This document shows positions 7,264 to 17,316 of a DNA stretch of 64,000 nt, piece after piece. The stretch covers positions 3,296,001 through 3,360,000 of the forward strand of contig OY969724.1 of assembly GCA_963702205.1 (NCBI GenBank), written 5' to 3'. A program made the translations under genes and the position numbers. The DNA comes from an uncultured candidate division Zixibacteria bacterium (GTDB lineage: Bacteria > Zixibacteria > MSB-5A5 > GN15 > PGXB01). A model generated the notes under the pieces. It made no database searches. It was not told the DNA's origin and saw only the letters and a list, made by a program, of their open reading frames with translations. The number at the start of each line of letters is the position of its first letter. Positions within the stretch are counted from its first letter, which is position 1.

Positions 7264-9396
7264 TTAATTGGGGAAATAAAGCGTGAAACTGGTCCCTTTT
7301 CCCTCTTCGGATATGACTGCCAACGTCCCCCCATGAGCGGTTATAATGCGCTCGACTACCGCCAGCCCCAGCCCGGTGCCGGTTTCCTTGGTCGTATAAT
7401 AACGGTCAAATATGCGCGAAAGGTTCTCTTTCTTTATACCTTTGCCGGAATCGGTGACCGTAACCGCCAGGTAGTCGGTTTTTTTAAAATCCGGACGATC
7501 TATCTTGCCGGATACAACAATCTCACCTTCATCGTCGATGGCATCGATGGCATTCAAGAAAAGGTTGAGGAAGATTTCGAGAATCTGGTTTTTATTTATT
7601 GGAATTTCCCAGTTGCAGTCTTCAAAATTTTCGCTGAATTTAATCTTTTTTTTGCGCATATCCGGCTTGATCAGTTCCGCCGCCCGGCGGATGACCGACC
7701 GAACATCCCTCAATTCGGTTTCGTACTTTTGCGGTTTTGAAAAATCAACCAGCTCTTTGACCAGTTCATTAAGCCGCTGGATTTCTTCTTCGGCCATGTG
7801 GAAAAACTGGGTATCTTCGGTAACCTGCGGCCACTTTTCGCCGAGTATCTGAATCCACCCCTTGATATTGGTCAGAGGCTTGCGCAGATCGTGCGAGATT
7901 TCGGAAATCATATTTCCCATAGTCAACAGGCGGGTGGCGTTCAACAGGGCCTTTTCGCGTTCATAGAACCCCGTCGCCTGGGATACCATAAGTTTTATCA
8001 GCGATAAATCCTGCTCGGTAAACGGGCTGTCTTCCTGTGCGTCGATGCAGAAAATATACCTCAGCTCTCCCTCCTGCATCACCGGAAGAGCCGTGAATTT
8101 TTCGGTTGTTTTGGGATAAATCGAATATGAATCGACCTGCTCGCCGATGTATTTCGAGAGTGATTTGATATCGTTTATATCCACCGCCGCCAGATCTATG
8201 TTCTCCAGATTCAAATCTTCGGCTTTCACCATCTCCAGATTGATCGATCCGCTTTCGGTCAGAGGGATATCGGTGCCGGTCACGCCGACCGGTCGCAGAC
8301 TTTTATGAAGAGGCCGCCATTCGAACCAGAGGGCGAAATCTATCGGCAACAATTGCTTCATGTAATTGAAAACCGCATTGCGCATGGCTGAGACCGACCC
8401 GACCCGAGACAACTGGTTGGATAGTTCAAAGAGTATCGAAAATTCCTTCAGTTTGCGCTTGTTGGTCTCGAACAATCTGGCATCGTATATAGAAATCGCG
8501 GCCTGCGATGCAAACGTGGTCAGCAGTTTTAAATCATGATCGTCAAATTTGGAGCCGTCCTTACGGTTGGCCATATTGATAACGCCAAGAATGTTATTGG
8601 TGACTTTCAACGGCACCGATAAAAGCGATGAGGAACTATAGCGCTCTTTATTGATGCGTTGAAAACGATCGTCTTTCTCGACGTCTGATATTATAATCGG
8701 CTCGCCGTTCTGAGCCACAAAGCCGGCGATAGATGAACCCACCGGCAGTTTGACCGACTTTGCGATTTCCGGCTCGAGGCCGATAAAAGCCTCTATTGTC
8801 AAAAGCTGACCGGTCGGGTCGACCAGCATGATCGACCCCAGTTCCGACTGTGTAACGGTCGTCGCCAGCGTAAGGATTTTATCCAATAGTTCCTGTATAT
8901 TGAACGATGAACCAATCGACGTGGCGGCTTCGTACAGTGCGTTTATTTCTTCAAGGCGATTATACAGATTCAGGTTGGCTACCTGTAAATCGTTCAGAAG
9001 CTTTTTGCGGGCCAGCGAGGCCTTACGTTTCTCCAGACCGCGTTCGACCGAGATTTCGAGCTGCGTGAATTCGACCGGTTTGAGAAGATATTCAAACGCC
9101 CCGCTCTTTATGGCATCGAGCGACGTCTCCAGCGAGGCATAGCCGGTCATGAGAATGACGATAATCTCCGGGTCGACGTCGCGGGCGGCGCGAAGAATAT
9201 CCATGCCCCCGATCTCGGGCATTTTTATATCGGTCAATACCAGGCTGAACTGCCGGCGACGCATGAGGTCGATGGCTTCTTTGCCCGATTGCGTGGTGAT
9301 GACATCGTAACCGTCGGCGGTGAGAAGTTCATACAGCGAATGGCACATCCGCTCTTCGTCGTCGACCACCAGTATTTTTTCAGATTCCCCAGTCAT
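7264..9396 (-). CDS. Cytoplasmic hybrid histidine kinase REC-GAF-GAF-HisKA-HATPase
   Basis: VDDE..TDIKMP receiver; GAF (SIAGFVA, GVINMAN..F...D); SHDLRKPL H-box; NAIDA, DSGKGI, GTGLGL. Confidence 0.92.
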   Translation of the reverse strand: MTGESEKILVVDDEERMCHSLYELLTADGYDVITTQSGKEAIDLMRRRQFSLVLTDIKMPEIGGMDILRAARDVDPEIIVILMTGYASLETSLDAIKSGAFEYLLKPVEFTQLEISVERGLEKRKASLARKKLLNDLQVANLNLYNRLEEINALYEAATSIGSSFNIQELLDKILTLATTVTQSELGSIMLVDPTGQLLTIEAFIGLEPEIAKSVKLPVGSSIAGFVAQNGEPIIISDVEKDDRFQRINKERYSSSSLLSVPLKVTNNILGVINMANRKDGSKFDDHDLKLLTTFASQAAISIYDARLFETNKRKLKEFSILFELSNQLSRVGSVSAMRNAVFNYMKQLLPIDFALWFEWRPLHKSLRPVGVTGTDIPLTESGSINLEMVKAEDLNLENIDLAAVDINDIKSLSKYIGEQVDSYSIYPKTTEKFTALPVMQEGELRYIFCIDAQEDSPFTEQDLSLIKLMVSQATGFYEREKALLNATRLLTMGNMISEISHDLRKPLTNIKGWIQILGEKWPQVTEDTQFFHMAEEEIQRLNELVKELVDFSKPQKYETELRDVRSVIRRAAELIKPDMRKKKIKFSENFEDCNWEIPINKNQILEIFLNLFLNAIDAIDDEGEIVVSGKIDRPDFKKTDYLAVTVTDSGKGIKKENLSRIFDRYYTTKETGTGLGLAVVERIITAHGGTLAVISEEGKGTSFTLYFPN

Positions 9397-10744
9397 ATTC
9401 TATATCTTCTTGTTCTATCGGCAGATCGATATCAAAACACCCGCCCTTTTTTGTATTGTGGAAATTTATCGTACCACCGTGGTTGGATATTATTCCATAG
9501 CAGACCGACAGACCGAGCCCCGTCCCGCCTCCGCCTTCTTTGGTCGTGAAGAACGGTTCGAAAATGTGCGGGATATGTTTTTCATCGATACCAGTACCTG
9601 AGTCCTCTATGGATATCGACACGCTGTGTTCGTGAGGTGACAGGCTTATATGTATTTCGCCGTCGGATTTGACAGCATCCTTGGCGTTCAGTAGAACATT
9701 TAAAAATACCTGCTTTAGCCCTTCGGGCCAGGCCATGATAGCAGGGAGTTCCCCATTGATATCGATTTTTAATTTTATATTGGCGTCCTCGAGCTGATGG
9801 CTTAAAAGCGAAACGACCTCGCGGAAAACATGATTCAAATCGGTCTGGAGAAAACGCGCGGCTTTGGGTCGGTGAAAGTCCAGCAGCTGACGAACTATCT
9901 GGGCGATGCGGTCGATTTCCTGACGGATTACACCGACGTACTCGGAAGCTTTGGGTGCCATACCCTCCTTCTCACATTCACGTGAAGCCAGATGCAGATA
10001 ATTTTTTATTATGCCGAGAGGGTTGTTGACCTCGTGCGCTATCCTCGCTGAAAGCTGTCCCAGCGCGGCCAGCCTTTCCGACTGCACCAGAAGCTGCTGG
10101 GTTTCCCGGAGCTTTTCCAGCGCTTCCTTTTCGGATTCAAACAGCCGGGCGTTTTCGATCGAGACGGCGGTCTGGCTGGCCAATATCGATAAGAATTCTA
10201 TATCATCGGGCTGATAGTTCTGCCCCGATTCTTTTCTGGCGATAACCAGAATCCCCCCCAGTTTGGTTTGGAAGACCAGCGGCACGATCAATCCGTTCGG
10301 GAAAAACTCCAGAAAAGCCTGCACTTCTTCGGTCTTGAATTTATCCCTGATTTCCGGTACCGGAACCGGTCGGTTGAGATCGGTTATGTACTTACCGAAA
10401 CTTTTCTGAGGCTGGATAATTATTTCTTCGGCGGGAAACGGTGCCGGTCCTTTGATCCGCACCATTTTGAATTCGGTCTGACCCGGCGCCGGAGGGAGAT
10501 ACAACGCCGCTTTGGCCGAGCCCATTTGTCCCAGCGAAGTCAGCACGAACGAATCGAGCAGAGTACTGAAATTAAGCACCGCGTTGAAATTGCGGCTGAG
10601 TTCAAAAACCGTATACAGATCGAATATTTTTCTTTTAAGCTGGCGGTTGGCCTGAGTCAGATCGGCCAGGCGTTTTTCAGACTGACGTTTGAGTTTGGCA
10701 ATGGTTTCTTTCGATGAAGCAGTTGTCTTTTTCTTTTGGGTCAT
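9380..10744 (-). CDS. Cytoplasmic GAF sensor histidine kinase
   Basis: Coiled coil plus GAF; AHEVNNPL; NAKDA; DSGTGI; FEPFFTTK; GTGLGL. Confidence 0.92.
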   Translation of the reverse strand: MTQKKKTTASSKETIAKLKRQSEKRLADLTQANRQLKRKIFDLYTVFELSRNFNAVLNFSTLLDSFVLTSLGQMGSAKAALYLPPAPGQTEFKMVRIKGPAPFPAEEIIIQPQKSFGKYITDLNRPVPVPEIRDKFKTEEVQAFLEFFPNGLIVPLVFQTKLGGILVIARKESGQNYQPDDIEFLSILASQTAVSIENARLFESEKEALEKLRETQQLLVQSERLAALGQLSARIAHEVNNPLGIIKNYLHLASRECEKEGMAPKASEYVGVIRQEIDRIAQIVRQLLDFHRPKAARFLQTDLNHVFREVVSLLSHQLEDANIKLKIDINGELPAIMAWPEGLKQVFLNVLLNAKDAVKSDGEIHISLSPHEHSVSISIEDSGTGIDEKHIPHIFEPFFTTKEGGGGTGLGLSVCYGIISNHGGTINFHNTKKGGCFDIDLPIEQEDIEYDWGI

Positions 10745-12030
10745 AAAATATCGTTCATCTCCGCCATAAATTCGCCCACCGCAAAATGGGACCCGCAGAT
10801 AATTACGATATCGTCAGGCCGGACGTTTTTTATGACTTTACGGGCCGATTCGACCAACGATTGCGAAATCTCCACCGGTATTTTGCCGCTGAAATGGGAT
10901 GCGATCTCCTCCGGTGGCGTGCTGCGATAAGTCTTCAGCAGGCACACCTGCGCCGACAGGGCTATTTTTTCAAGGGTCGCGACAATTTCTTTAAGGCTCT
11001 TGAATCTAACGAAACCCATCACCAGATGCGCCTTGCGGCCGGGAAATATTTCCTTGAATGTCTCGACCGTGGCCCTGACACCGGCCGGGTTGTGACCGAC
11101 GTCAAGAATGATGGTGGGCCGGTCTTTCTTCCTGATGATTTCAAACCGGGCGGGCCAGTCGGTTTTCCTGAGTCCGTTTTTAATTGCGGTCTTATTAATA
11201 TTGAATCCGTTGTCGTTGATAAACCGGCATACTTTCACCGCCAGCGCGGCATTTTTAACCTGATGTAAACCGGGCAGCGACGGCTGCAGGTTCATCTTCC
11301 CCCATCCTGATTTATCGTCGCGGTAATAGAACCCGAACGGCTTTCCGTCCATCGAGAAATCATCTCTATCAAGTGACTCAAGCGACGTCTTTCGTTCACG
11401 GCAAACCTGCCTTACCGTCTTGCGGGCCAGCGGCGGCAGCAAACCGATTTGCACCGGCACGCCCGACTTGATAATCCCCGCTTTCTCCCACGCGATTTTG
11501 TCAAGAGTATCACCGAGAAGATTGGTGTGATCATACGATATATCCGTAATGACCGAAAGCAGTGGCCGGAGCGTATTGGTGGCATCGAGCCTCCCGCCCA
11601 GCCCAACTTCTACTACACCCAGATCGACCTTCTTCGATGCAAAATAACAAAACGCCAGAGCGGTGCAGACCTCGAAAAAAGTAATGTTGTGCTCTTCCAT
11701 CACGTCCCGGTACTTTCGTACAAAATCACTTATAAACCGCTTTGAAATTCTTTCACCGTCGACCTTTATCCTCTCCCGGAAATCGACCAGATGCGGCGAC
11801 GTGAATATCCCCGTACGATACCCGGCCTCGCGTACGATGCGTTCGACATAAGAAGCCGTGGACCCCTTACCATTGGTGCCGGCGATATGTACCGACGGAA
11901 ACTTGTCCTGCGGGCGACCGATGGAGTCCAGGAACCTGGAAATGTTCTCCAGACCGAGTTTTATGCCGAAATGCTCCCGAGCCAGAATAAAGTCCAGAGC
12001 GTTGTCATAAGCGCTGATATTGGGGGACAT
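10741..12030 (-). CDS. folC: Folylpolyglutamate/dihydrofolate synthase
   Basis: HIAGTNGKGS, FTSPHL, EVGLGGRLDATN, DVGHNP. Confidence 0.96.
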   Translation of the reverse strand: MSPNISAYDNALDFILAREHFGIKLGLENISRFLDSIGRPQDKFPSVHIAGTNGKGSTASYVERIVREAGYRTGIFTSPHLVDFRERIKVDGERISKRFISDFVRKYRDVMEEHNITFFEVCTALAFCYFASKKVDLGVVEVGLGGRLDATNTLRPLLSVITDISYDHTNLLGDTLDKIAWEKAGIIKSGVPVQIGLLPPLARKTVRQVCRERKTSLESLDRDDFSMDGKPFGFYYRDDKSGWGKMNLQPSLPGLHQVKNAALAVKVCRFINDNGFNINKTAIKNGLRKTDWPARFEIIRKKDRPTIILDVGHNPAGVRATVETFKEIFPGRKAHLVMGFVRFKSLKEIVATLEKIALSAQVCLLKTYRSTPPEEIASHFSGKIPVEISQSLVESARKVIKNVRPDDIVIICGSHFAVGEFMAEMNDIL

Positions 12031-12032
12031 AC

Positions 12033-12875
12033 TTACCTGTGATTGATGTATTCGAGAAGTAAAGCCAGGGTGTCACGCAGTTCGCTTCGTTCGACGATCT
12101 TATCCAGAAAGCCTTTTTCTTTGAAAAATTCAGACGACTGAAATCCGGGCGGAAGGTCCTGCCCGATTGTCTGCTGAATGACGCGGGGACCGGCAAATCC
12201 CAGCAGGGCTTTGGGCTCGGCGATGATCAAATCACCGAGAGAAGCATAAGAAGCCATCACACCGGCCGTTGTTGGATTGGTCAGGACCGAAATATACGGC
12301 AGCCTCTTCTCGGCCAGTTTGGCCAGAAGTGCCGATGTTTTCGCCATCTGCATCAGCGATAAAATGCTCTCCTGCATGCGAGCCCCGCCGGAACAGGAGA
12401 CGATAATCAATGGAATCTCGCGATCAAGGGCCCGCTCGATAGCCCGAGCTATTTTCTCGCCGACCACCGAACCCATCGACCCGCCGATAAATGAAAAGTC
12501 CATTATCGAAAATGACAGCTCGATCCCCTTTATTTTGCCAATTCCGCAAATGACGGCGTCATTCAGCCCGGATTTTTCGATCGCGGCCCTGATGCGGTCG
12601 GGATATTTCTTGGAGTCTCTAAATCGCAGCGGGTCTTTGGACACGAGATTGTTATCATATTCCTCAAGCTGCCCGCCATCCAGAAGGAAGCTAATATATT
12701 TGCCCGACGTTATCCGGAAATGATACCGGCATTTCGGGCAGACCCACAGATTGGTTTCAAGCTGTTTGGTATATATGACCTCGCTGCACTCTGGGCATTT
12801 TGTCCAGAGGCCGTCGGGGATATCTTTCTTGGCCTGAGCGCTTAAACCGGATTTTGTCTTTTTAAACCAATCCAT
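12033..12875 (-). CDS. accD: Acetyl-CoA carboxylase carboxyltransferase beta subunit
   Basis: CPEC/CPKC zinc finger, GGSMG, SGGARMQE, FAGPRVI; start moved to ATG 12875 (MDWFKK). Confidence 0.96.
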   Translation of the reverse strand: MDWFKKTKSGLSAQAKKDIPDGLWTKCPECSEVIYTKQLETNLWVCPKCRYHFRITSGKYISFLLDGGQLEEYDNNLVSKDPLRFRDSKKYPDRIRAAIEKSGLNDAVICGIGKIKGIELSFSIMDFSFIGGSMGSVVGEKIARAIERALDREIPLIIVSCSGGARMQESILSLMQMAKTSALLAKLAEKRLPYISVLTNPTTAGVMASYASLGDLIIAEPKALLGFAGPRVIQQTIGQDLPPGFQSSEFFKEKGFLDKIVERSELRDTLALLLEYINHR

Positions 12876-12883
12876 GGCTTCTG

Positions 12884-13348
12884 TCAGCCTTCCCGCAGGT
12901 TTTTCACCATAACAAGGGCGTCTTCGGTCGGAGAATGATAATAATTCGCCCGACAATACAAATCCAAAAAGCCGAACTTCCTGTATAGACTTATAGCCGC
13001 CTGATTCGACGGCCGCACTTCAAGGAAAATGTGATCGCAATCGGCCTTTTGGGCGATTTCTAAGATATGGTTTAATAATGTTTTCGCAATAGATTTTCCG
13101 CGATATTCCGGCGCGACGGCTATATTGATAAGCTGCGCCTCCCCGCCGCCGATTAAATATCCGGCGTAACCGCATAAGGCTCCGTTACTTTCGGCCAACA
13201 GAAAACCACTGTTAACCGAATCGACGTCCTGCTCGAACGCCTCCCTCGGCCAGGCATCGGAAAATATCTCCTGCTCCAGAAGCGTCACCAAATCGAGGTC
13301 GGCTTCAACCATCGGTCGAATCGTTATGCTTGGTTTTTTGGCTGACAA
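12884..13348 (-). CDS. rimI: Ribosomal protein S18-alanine N-acetyltransferase RimI
   Basis: NIAVAPEYRG, LEVRPSN..AI.LY..FGF, YY...EDA; next to tsaB. Confidence 0.9.
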   Translation of the reverse strand: MSAKKPSITIRPMVEADLDLVTLLEQEIFSDAWPREAFEQDVDSVNSGFLLAESNGALCGYAGYLIGGGEAQLINIAVAPEYRGKSIAKTLLNHILEIAQKADCDHIFLEVRPSNQAAISLYRKFGFLDLYCRANYYHSPTEDALVMVKNLREG

Positions 13349-13351
13349 AGT

Positions 13352-14020
13352 CTATTGCCTGGGTTTTACCGGGAAAGTTTGAATATACAGCGGCACCAGC
13401 CGGTCGATATCATCGCCTCCGGACTCGCGCAATTTCTCGCGGCCCGTCTTGACATAAAGACCGGTCGTTATGGCGAAATTATCCGCAGTAAGATGGGTCA
13501 TGGCTTTCAACTGATGATCGTTGATATTTTGATCTGTTAAATATACCCGTTTGGCTTGCGTCAATGATGCCAACTCAGCCGATTTTACAATCCTGATGCT
13601 ATTGGCGTCGAAAACTGATTCCGAAGATTCATACATATAATACTCGCCACGTCGGGACGGAATTAATATCATCGTCTGGCCGAAGGCAGCGTGCAACGGC
13701 GCGGATATCGCTTCAAAGGTCGTAACCCCGACAATTGGGAGGTCGAGCGCCAGTGCCAATCCTTTGGCAGCCGCCAGACCGACCCTTAAGCCCGTGAACG
13801 ATCCGGGCCCGGTCGAGACCACCAGACCGTCAAGGTCGGTTTTCCGCATCGAGGCTTCTCTAATCGTCTTCTCTATCAGGTTAAAAATAAACTCCGCGTG
13901 ACGGAAACGATCGGTGCTGATTTCTTCTGTCACCATATCATTGCAGGCAACCCCGACGCGCAGCGTCGACCCGGAGCTGTCGATCACAAGCAGATTGTCA
14001 TATTGTTTCGATCCGTTCAT
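13352..14020 (-). CDS. tsaB: tRNA t6A biosynthesis protein TsaB
   Basis: IDSS, GPGSFTGLRVG, C-terminal PLY. Confidence 0.93.
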   Translation of the reverse strand: MNGSKQYDNLLVIDSSGSTLRVGVACNDMVTEEISTDRFRHAEFIFNLIEKTIREASMRKTDLDGLVVSTGPGSFTGLRVGLAAAKGLALALDLPIVGVTTFEAISAPLHAAFGQTMILIPSRRGEYYMYESSESVFDANSIRIVKSAELASLTQAKRVYLTDQNINDHQLKAMTHLTADNFAITTGLYVKTGREKLRESGGDDIDRLVPLYIQTFPVKPRQ

Positions 14021-14451
14021 TGCGCAAACCTGATGTCGATGTCCCGCTCGTTGTCGGACACGATCGCGATATTAATTTTGATCACGTTATTCGGCAGAAG
14101 GCCGTCGGCCTTCTCGCCCCATTCGACCACGACTATGCCGTCGCGGAGCAGGTAATCATCCCAGCCAATATGGTATAATTCTTCGAGGTCGTTCATACGG
14201 TACAAATCGAAATGATACAGGGTCCATTTCCCCTGATACTCGTTGACCAGCGTGTACGACGGCGATTTGACCCAATCTTCGGCAATGCCTATCCCCCGCG
14301 CCAGGCCTTTGATAAAAACCGTCTTGCCCGCTCCGAGCGGTCCGGTCAGGACGATAACGTCGCCGTCGACAAGGTCCCCGGCCAGGTTTTCACCGATTTC
14401 GATGGTTTCCCGTTCGGATGATGAATGTGCTTTCCGGCTGTCGCGAAACAT
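14017..14451 (-). CDS. tsaE: tRNA t6A biosynthesis ATPase TsaE
   Basis: GPLGAGKT, SPSYTL, HFDLYR, VEW. Confidence 0.95.
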   Translation of the reverse strand: MFRDSRKAHSSSERETIEIGENLAGDLVDGDVIVLTGPLGAGKTVFIKGLARGIGIAEDWVKSPSYTLVNEYQGKWTLYHFDLYRMNDLEELYHIGWDDYLLRDGIVVVEWGEKADGLLPNNVIKINIAIVSDNERDIDIRFAQ

Positions 14452-14455
14452 ATTG

Positions 14456-16003
14456 TTATCGGGGCGTCAGCACGGCCACCGGCACAACCAATTCTTCGAG
14501 CGAAATGCCACCGTGCTGGAAAGAGTTCTGAAACTGCCGGACGTATTCATTGTACTTATTGGGATACACGAAATAAAAATCTTCCTTGGCGATAATATAA
14601 GTCGTCGCGAGGCTAAATTTGGGCAGATGATATTGTTCCGGCTTTTTTATCAGAAAAGCGTCCCTGGAATCGCAGTTCAGATTGTCACCGTACTTATAAC
14701 GCAGGTTGGTCGAGGTGTCTTTCTTGCCATGAGCGATCGTCCCCCGCGAACAAAGCACCGACCCGTGATCCGACGTCATAACCACCGTGTATCCCTTGGC
14801 CGCGAAAGATTTCAATATCGTAAACAACGGCGAATGCACGAACCAGCTGTGCATCAGCGACCGGAAGGCCGCCTCGCTGCCGGCGATTTCCTTGAGAATC
14901 ACATTGGTCGACCGGCCGTGCGCGAGAATATCCAGGAAATTGAAAACGAACGCCACCGCCTGGCTCTGGAAATAATCCCCCGTTTTCTTGGCCAGCGCTT
15001 CACCCTCGGTATTGTCGTATATTTTCTCGTAGCGAAGCGAATCGGCCGCCTTGATCCCCTTGCGCTTGAGCTGGTCGGCCAGATAGCGGTCTTCGTTACG
15101 GTTGAGCGAACCCTCGTCGACGTTCTGCCAGTGTTCCGGGTATATACGCGCGATTTCATCGGGAAACATCCCGGCGAAAATGGCGTTGCGGGCGAACGGC
15201 GTCGCCGTCGGCAATATGGAAAAATACGTCTCGCGCTGGACGTCGAAATATTCCGCGACGCTCGATTCAATGGTCAGCCACTGGTCCAACCGCATGCAAT
15301 CGACCACGACCAGCAGGACTTTCTTCCCTGATTTTAGAAGCGGTACCATGTACTTATCGAGCAGATCGGGCGACATGGTCGGGCGGTTATCCGAATTTAC
15401 CCACGCCAGATACTGCTTGTCGAGATACTTCGTAAATTCGGTGTTCCATTCGCGGCGGGTTCCGGTGTGCGTCTCGAAAAGCCCCTGATCGGGACTTTCG
15501 TCCAATTCCAGGTCCCAGGAGGCCAGCAGCCGTCCGGCTTCCAGCCAGTCCTCCGGTTCCATGGCACCGTACAATTTCTGATTAAAACGATTGATATCGG
15601 TGATGTAGCGCTTCATCTGCGTCGCCGATACGATGCGCTTTTGCTCCAGCTGACGCTTGGCCACCATGAGTACCTGAGACGGATTTACCGGCTTGGTCAG
15701 ATAATCATCTATCTTTTGTCCGATTGCGTCTTCCATGAGCGATTCTTCTTCGGATTTGGTCACCATCACCACGGGAAGATGCGGCCGCAGCTCTTTTATT
15801 TCCTCAAGAGTCGTCAGGCCGTCCTTGCCCGGCATCATCTCATCGAGCAGGACCAGGTCGATGGTTTCGGCCGCCACTTTGCTGACGGCATCGTCGCCTG
15901 AAATGGCCGTAATGACCGCAAAGCCTTTTTGCTCCAGAAAAAGTATATGCGGCTTAAGGGAGTCTATTTCGTCGTCTACCCAGAGTATTTTCTTTTTATC
16001 CAT
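14456..16003 (-). CDS. porX: PorX-like response regulator (REC plus PglZ alkaline-phosphatase-like domain)
   Basis: KILWVDDEIDSLKPH, LDEMMPG; PglZ motifs DCMRLDQW, LPTAT..ARNA, D.LAH, TSDHG, FQHGG; adjacent to tsaE as in Bacteroidota. Confidence 0.88.
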   Translation of the reverse strand: MDKKKILWVDDEIDSLKPHILFLEQKGFAVITAISGDDAVSKVAAETIDLVLLDEMMPGKDGLTTLEEIKELRPHLPVVMVTKSEEESLMEDAIGQKIDDYLTKPVNPSQVLMVAKRQLEQKRIVSATQMKRYITDINRFNQKLYGAMEPEDWLEAGRLLASWDLELDESPDQGLFETHTGTRREWNTEFTKYLDKQYLAWVNSDNRPTMSPDLLDKYMVPLLKSGKKVLLVVVDCMRLDQWLTIESSVAEYFDVQRETYFSILPTATPFARNAIFAGMFPDEIARIYPEHWQNVDEGSLNRNEDRYLADQLKRKGIKAADSLRYEKIYDNTEGEALAKKTGDYFQSQAVAFVFNFLDILAHGRSTNVILKEIAGSEAAFRSLMHSWFVHSPLFTILKSFAAKGYTVVMTSDHGSVLCSRGTIAHGKKDTSTNLRYKYGDNLNCDSRDAFLIKKPEQYHLPKFSLATTYIIAKEDFYFVYPNKYNEYVRQFQNSFQHGGISLEELVVPVAVLTPR

Positions 16004-16020
16004 AGTAATTTCCCGTTTTA

Positions 16021-17316
16021 TTACATCCAGCCGCGAGGTTGCGGGACGTTGTATAATTTTTTTCGTTTTACCCGGTCGCTCTTGTTTACAGGAAGGACGA
16101 TCTGAAACGTCGTTTCGCCCGGTTTGGATCTGAGAAGTGCAATTCGTCCGCGATGGTACTCCTCGACTATTCTTCTCGCCAGCGTCAATCCCAATCCCCA
16201 GCCGCGCTTCTTGGTCGTAAAACCGGGCCGAAACAGCTTGCGGGCCGTCCCCGGCGGAATGCCCTTGCCGTTATCGGAAATTTCCACGACGACAAATCGG
16301 TTATCCCTGGACTGATCGGAAAATATCTCGATGCGCCCGGCCTGGGGATCGACCGCTTGCAGGGCGTTTTTCAGAAGATTTTCAATGGCCCAGGTGATCA
16401 ACTGCCCGTTGAGCGAGACTTCGGGTAGTGGATTGAGCTTGCAGACGATCTCGGTTCCTTTACCGTCGAACGGCAGCCGTCTTCGGAAATATTCAGCCGT
16501 TACATTCAGGAGTTCGTTCAGGTCATCTTCCTTTAGTTCCGGAAGGGAGCCGATTTGACCGAAACGATTGGCCACGCGCTGCAGGCGGTCCACGTCGGTG
16601 GACATTTGCTGAAAGATCTCGGGGTAATCCGGTTTATTGCCGGAGGTGCCGCCCTGACCTTCGGCATTGTTATGGCTCAGCAGTTCCAGCCAGCCCATGA
16701 GCGATGATATCGGCGTGCCCAGTTGATGCGCCGTTTCTTTGGCCATACCGACCCAGATATGCCTTTCCTCCGAGCGGCGGATGTTCTGAAAGCCGATGAA
16801 GCCGACCAGTATAAAGGCTCCAACCAGACCCAGTTCCACGAACGGCATCCACTTCAGCTGACGGATAATTTTCGAGTCACCGTAATAAAAATAAGAAATA
16901 ACCCGGTCACCGTATGACAGTGGAATCGCACCGTTGGCTTTTTTCATGTCAATGGCCAGTTCCCTGATTTTGGCGTGCACCGCCGGGTCGGGGTCGTTAT
17001 CTGAAATATTGGGGATGTTCCGCCAAAATACCGGATTACCCGCCGTATCGGCAATAATCACCGGAAAACTCGCCTTGGTGATGATTTCCTCAAAAATAAT
17101 CTGGACTTCGCCGGTCGAGGTATCTTCGTTCGCGGCCAGCTGCCAGAGCTTGACGTATGACCGCACCGACTTTTCCGCTTCGGCCTTGAGCTGACCGATC
17201 ACATCGACCGTGTAGTAAATAAAAACGCATGATATGACGATCAGTCCGAGGATCAGAAAGAGCTTGAAAAAAGTCGTTCCCCCGAACGAATGCCGTATGC
17301 TGTATGAATCATTCAC
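16021..17316 (-). CDS. Membrane sensor histidine kinase
   Basis: Two TM helices; KETAHQLGTPISSL; ENLLKNA; DNGKGI; GFTTKKRGWGLGL. Confidence 0.92.
   Translation of the reverse strand: MNDSYSIRHSFGGTTFFKLFLILGLIVISCVFIYYTVDVIGQLKAEAEKSVRSYVKLWQLAANEDTSTGEVQIIFEEIITKASFPVIIADTAGNPVFWRNIPNISDNDPDPAVHAKIRELAIDMKKANGAIPLSYGDRVISYFYYGDSKIIRQLKWMPFVELGLVGAFILVGFIGFQNIRRSEERHIWVGMAKETAHQLGTPISSLMGWLELLSHNNAEGQGGTSGNKPDYPEIFQQMSTDVDRLQRVANRFGQIGSLPELKEDDLNELLNVTAEYFRRRLPFDGKGTEIVCKLNPLPEVSLNGQLITWAIENLLKNALQAVDPQAGRIEIFSDQSRDNRFVVVEISDNGKGIPPGTARKLFRPGFTTKKRGWGLGLTLARRIVEEYHRGRIALLRSKPGETTFQIVLPVNKSDRVKRKKLYNVPQPRGWM

Noticed and set aside
14456..16003. PglZ as part of a BREX defence system
   Set aside because: It is fused to a REC domain in PorX architecture, and no brxC, pglX or brxL is present
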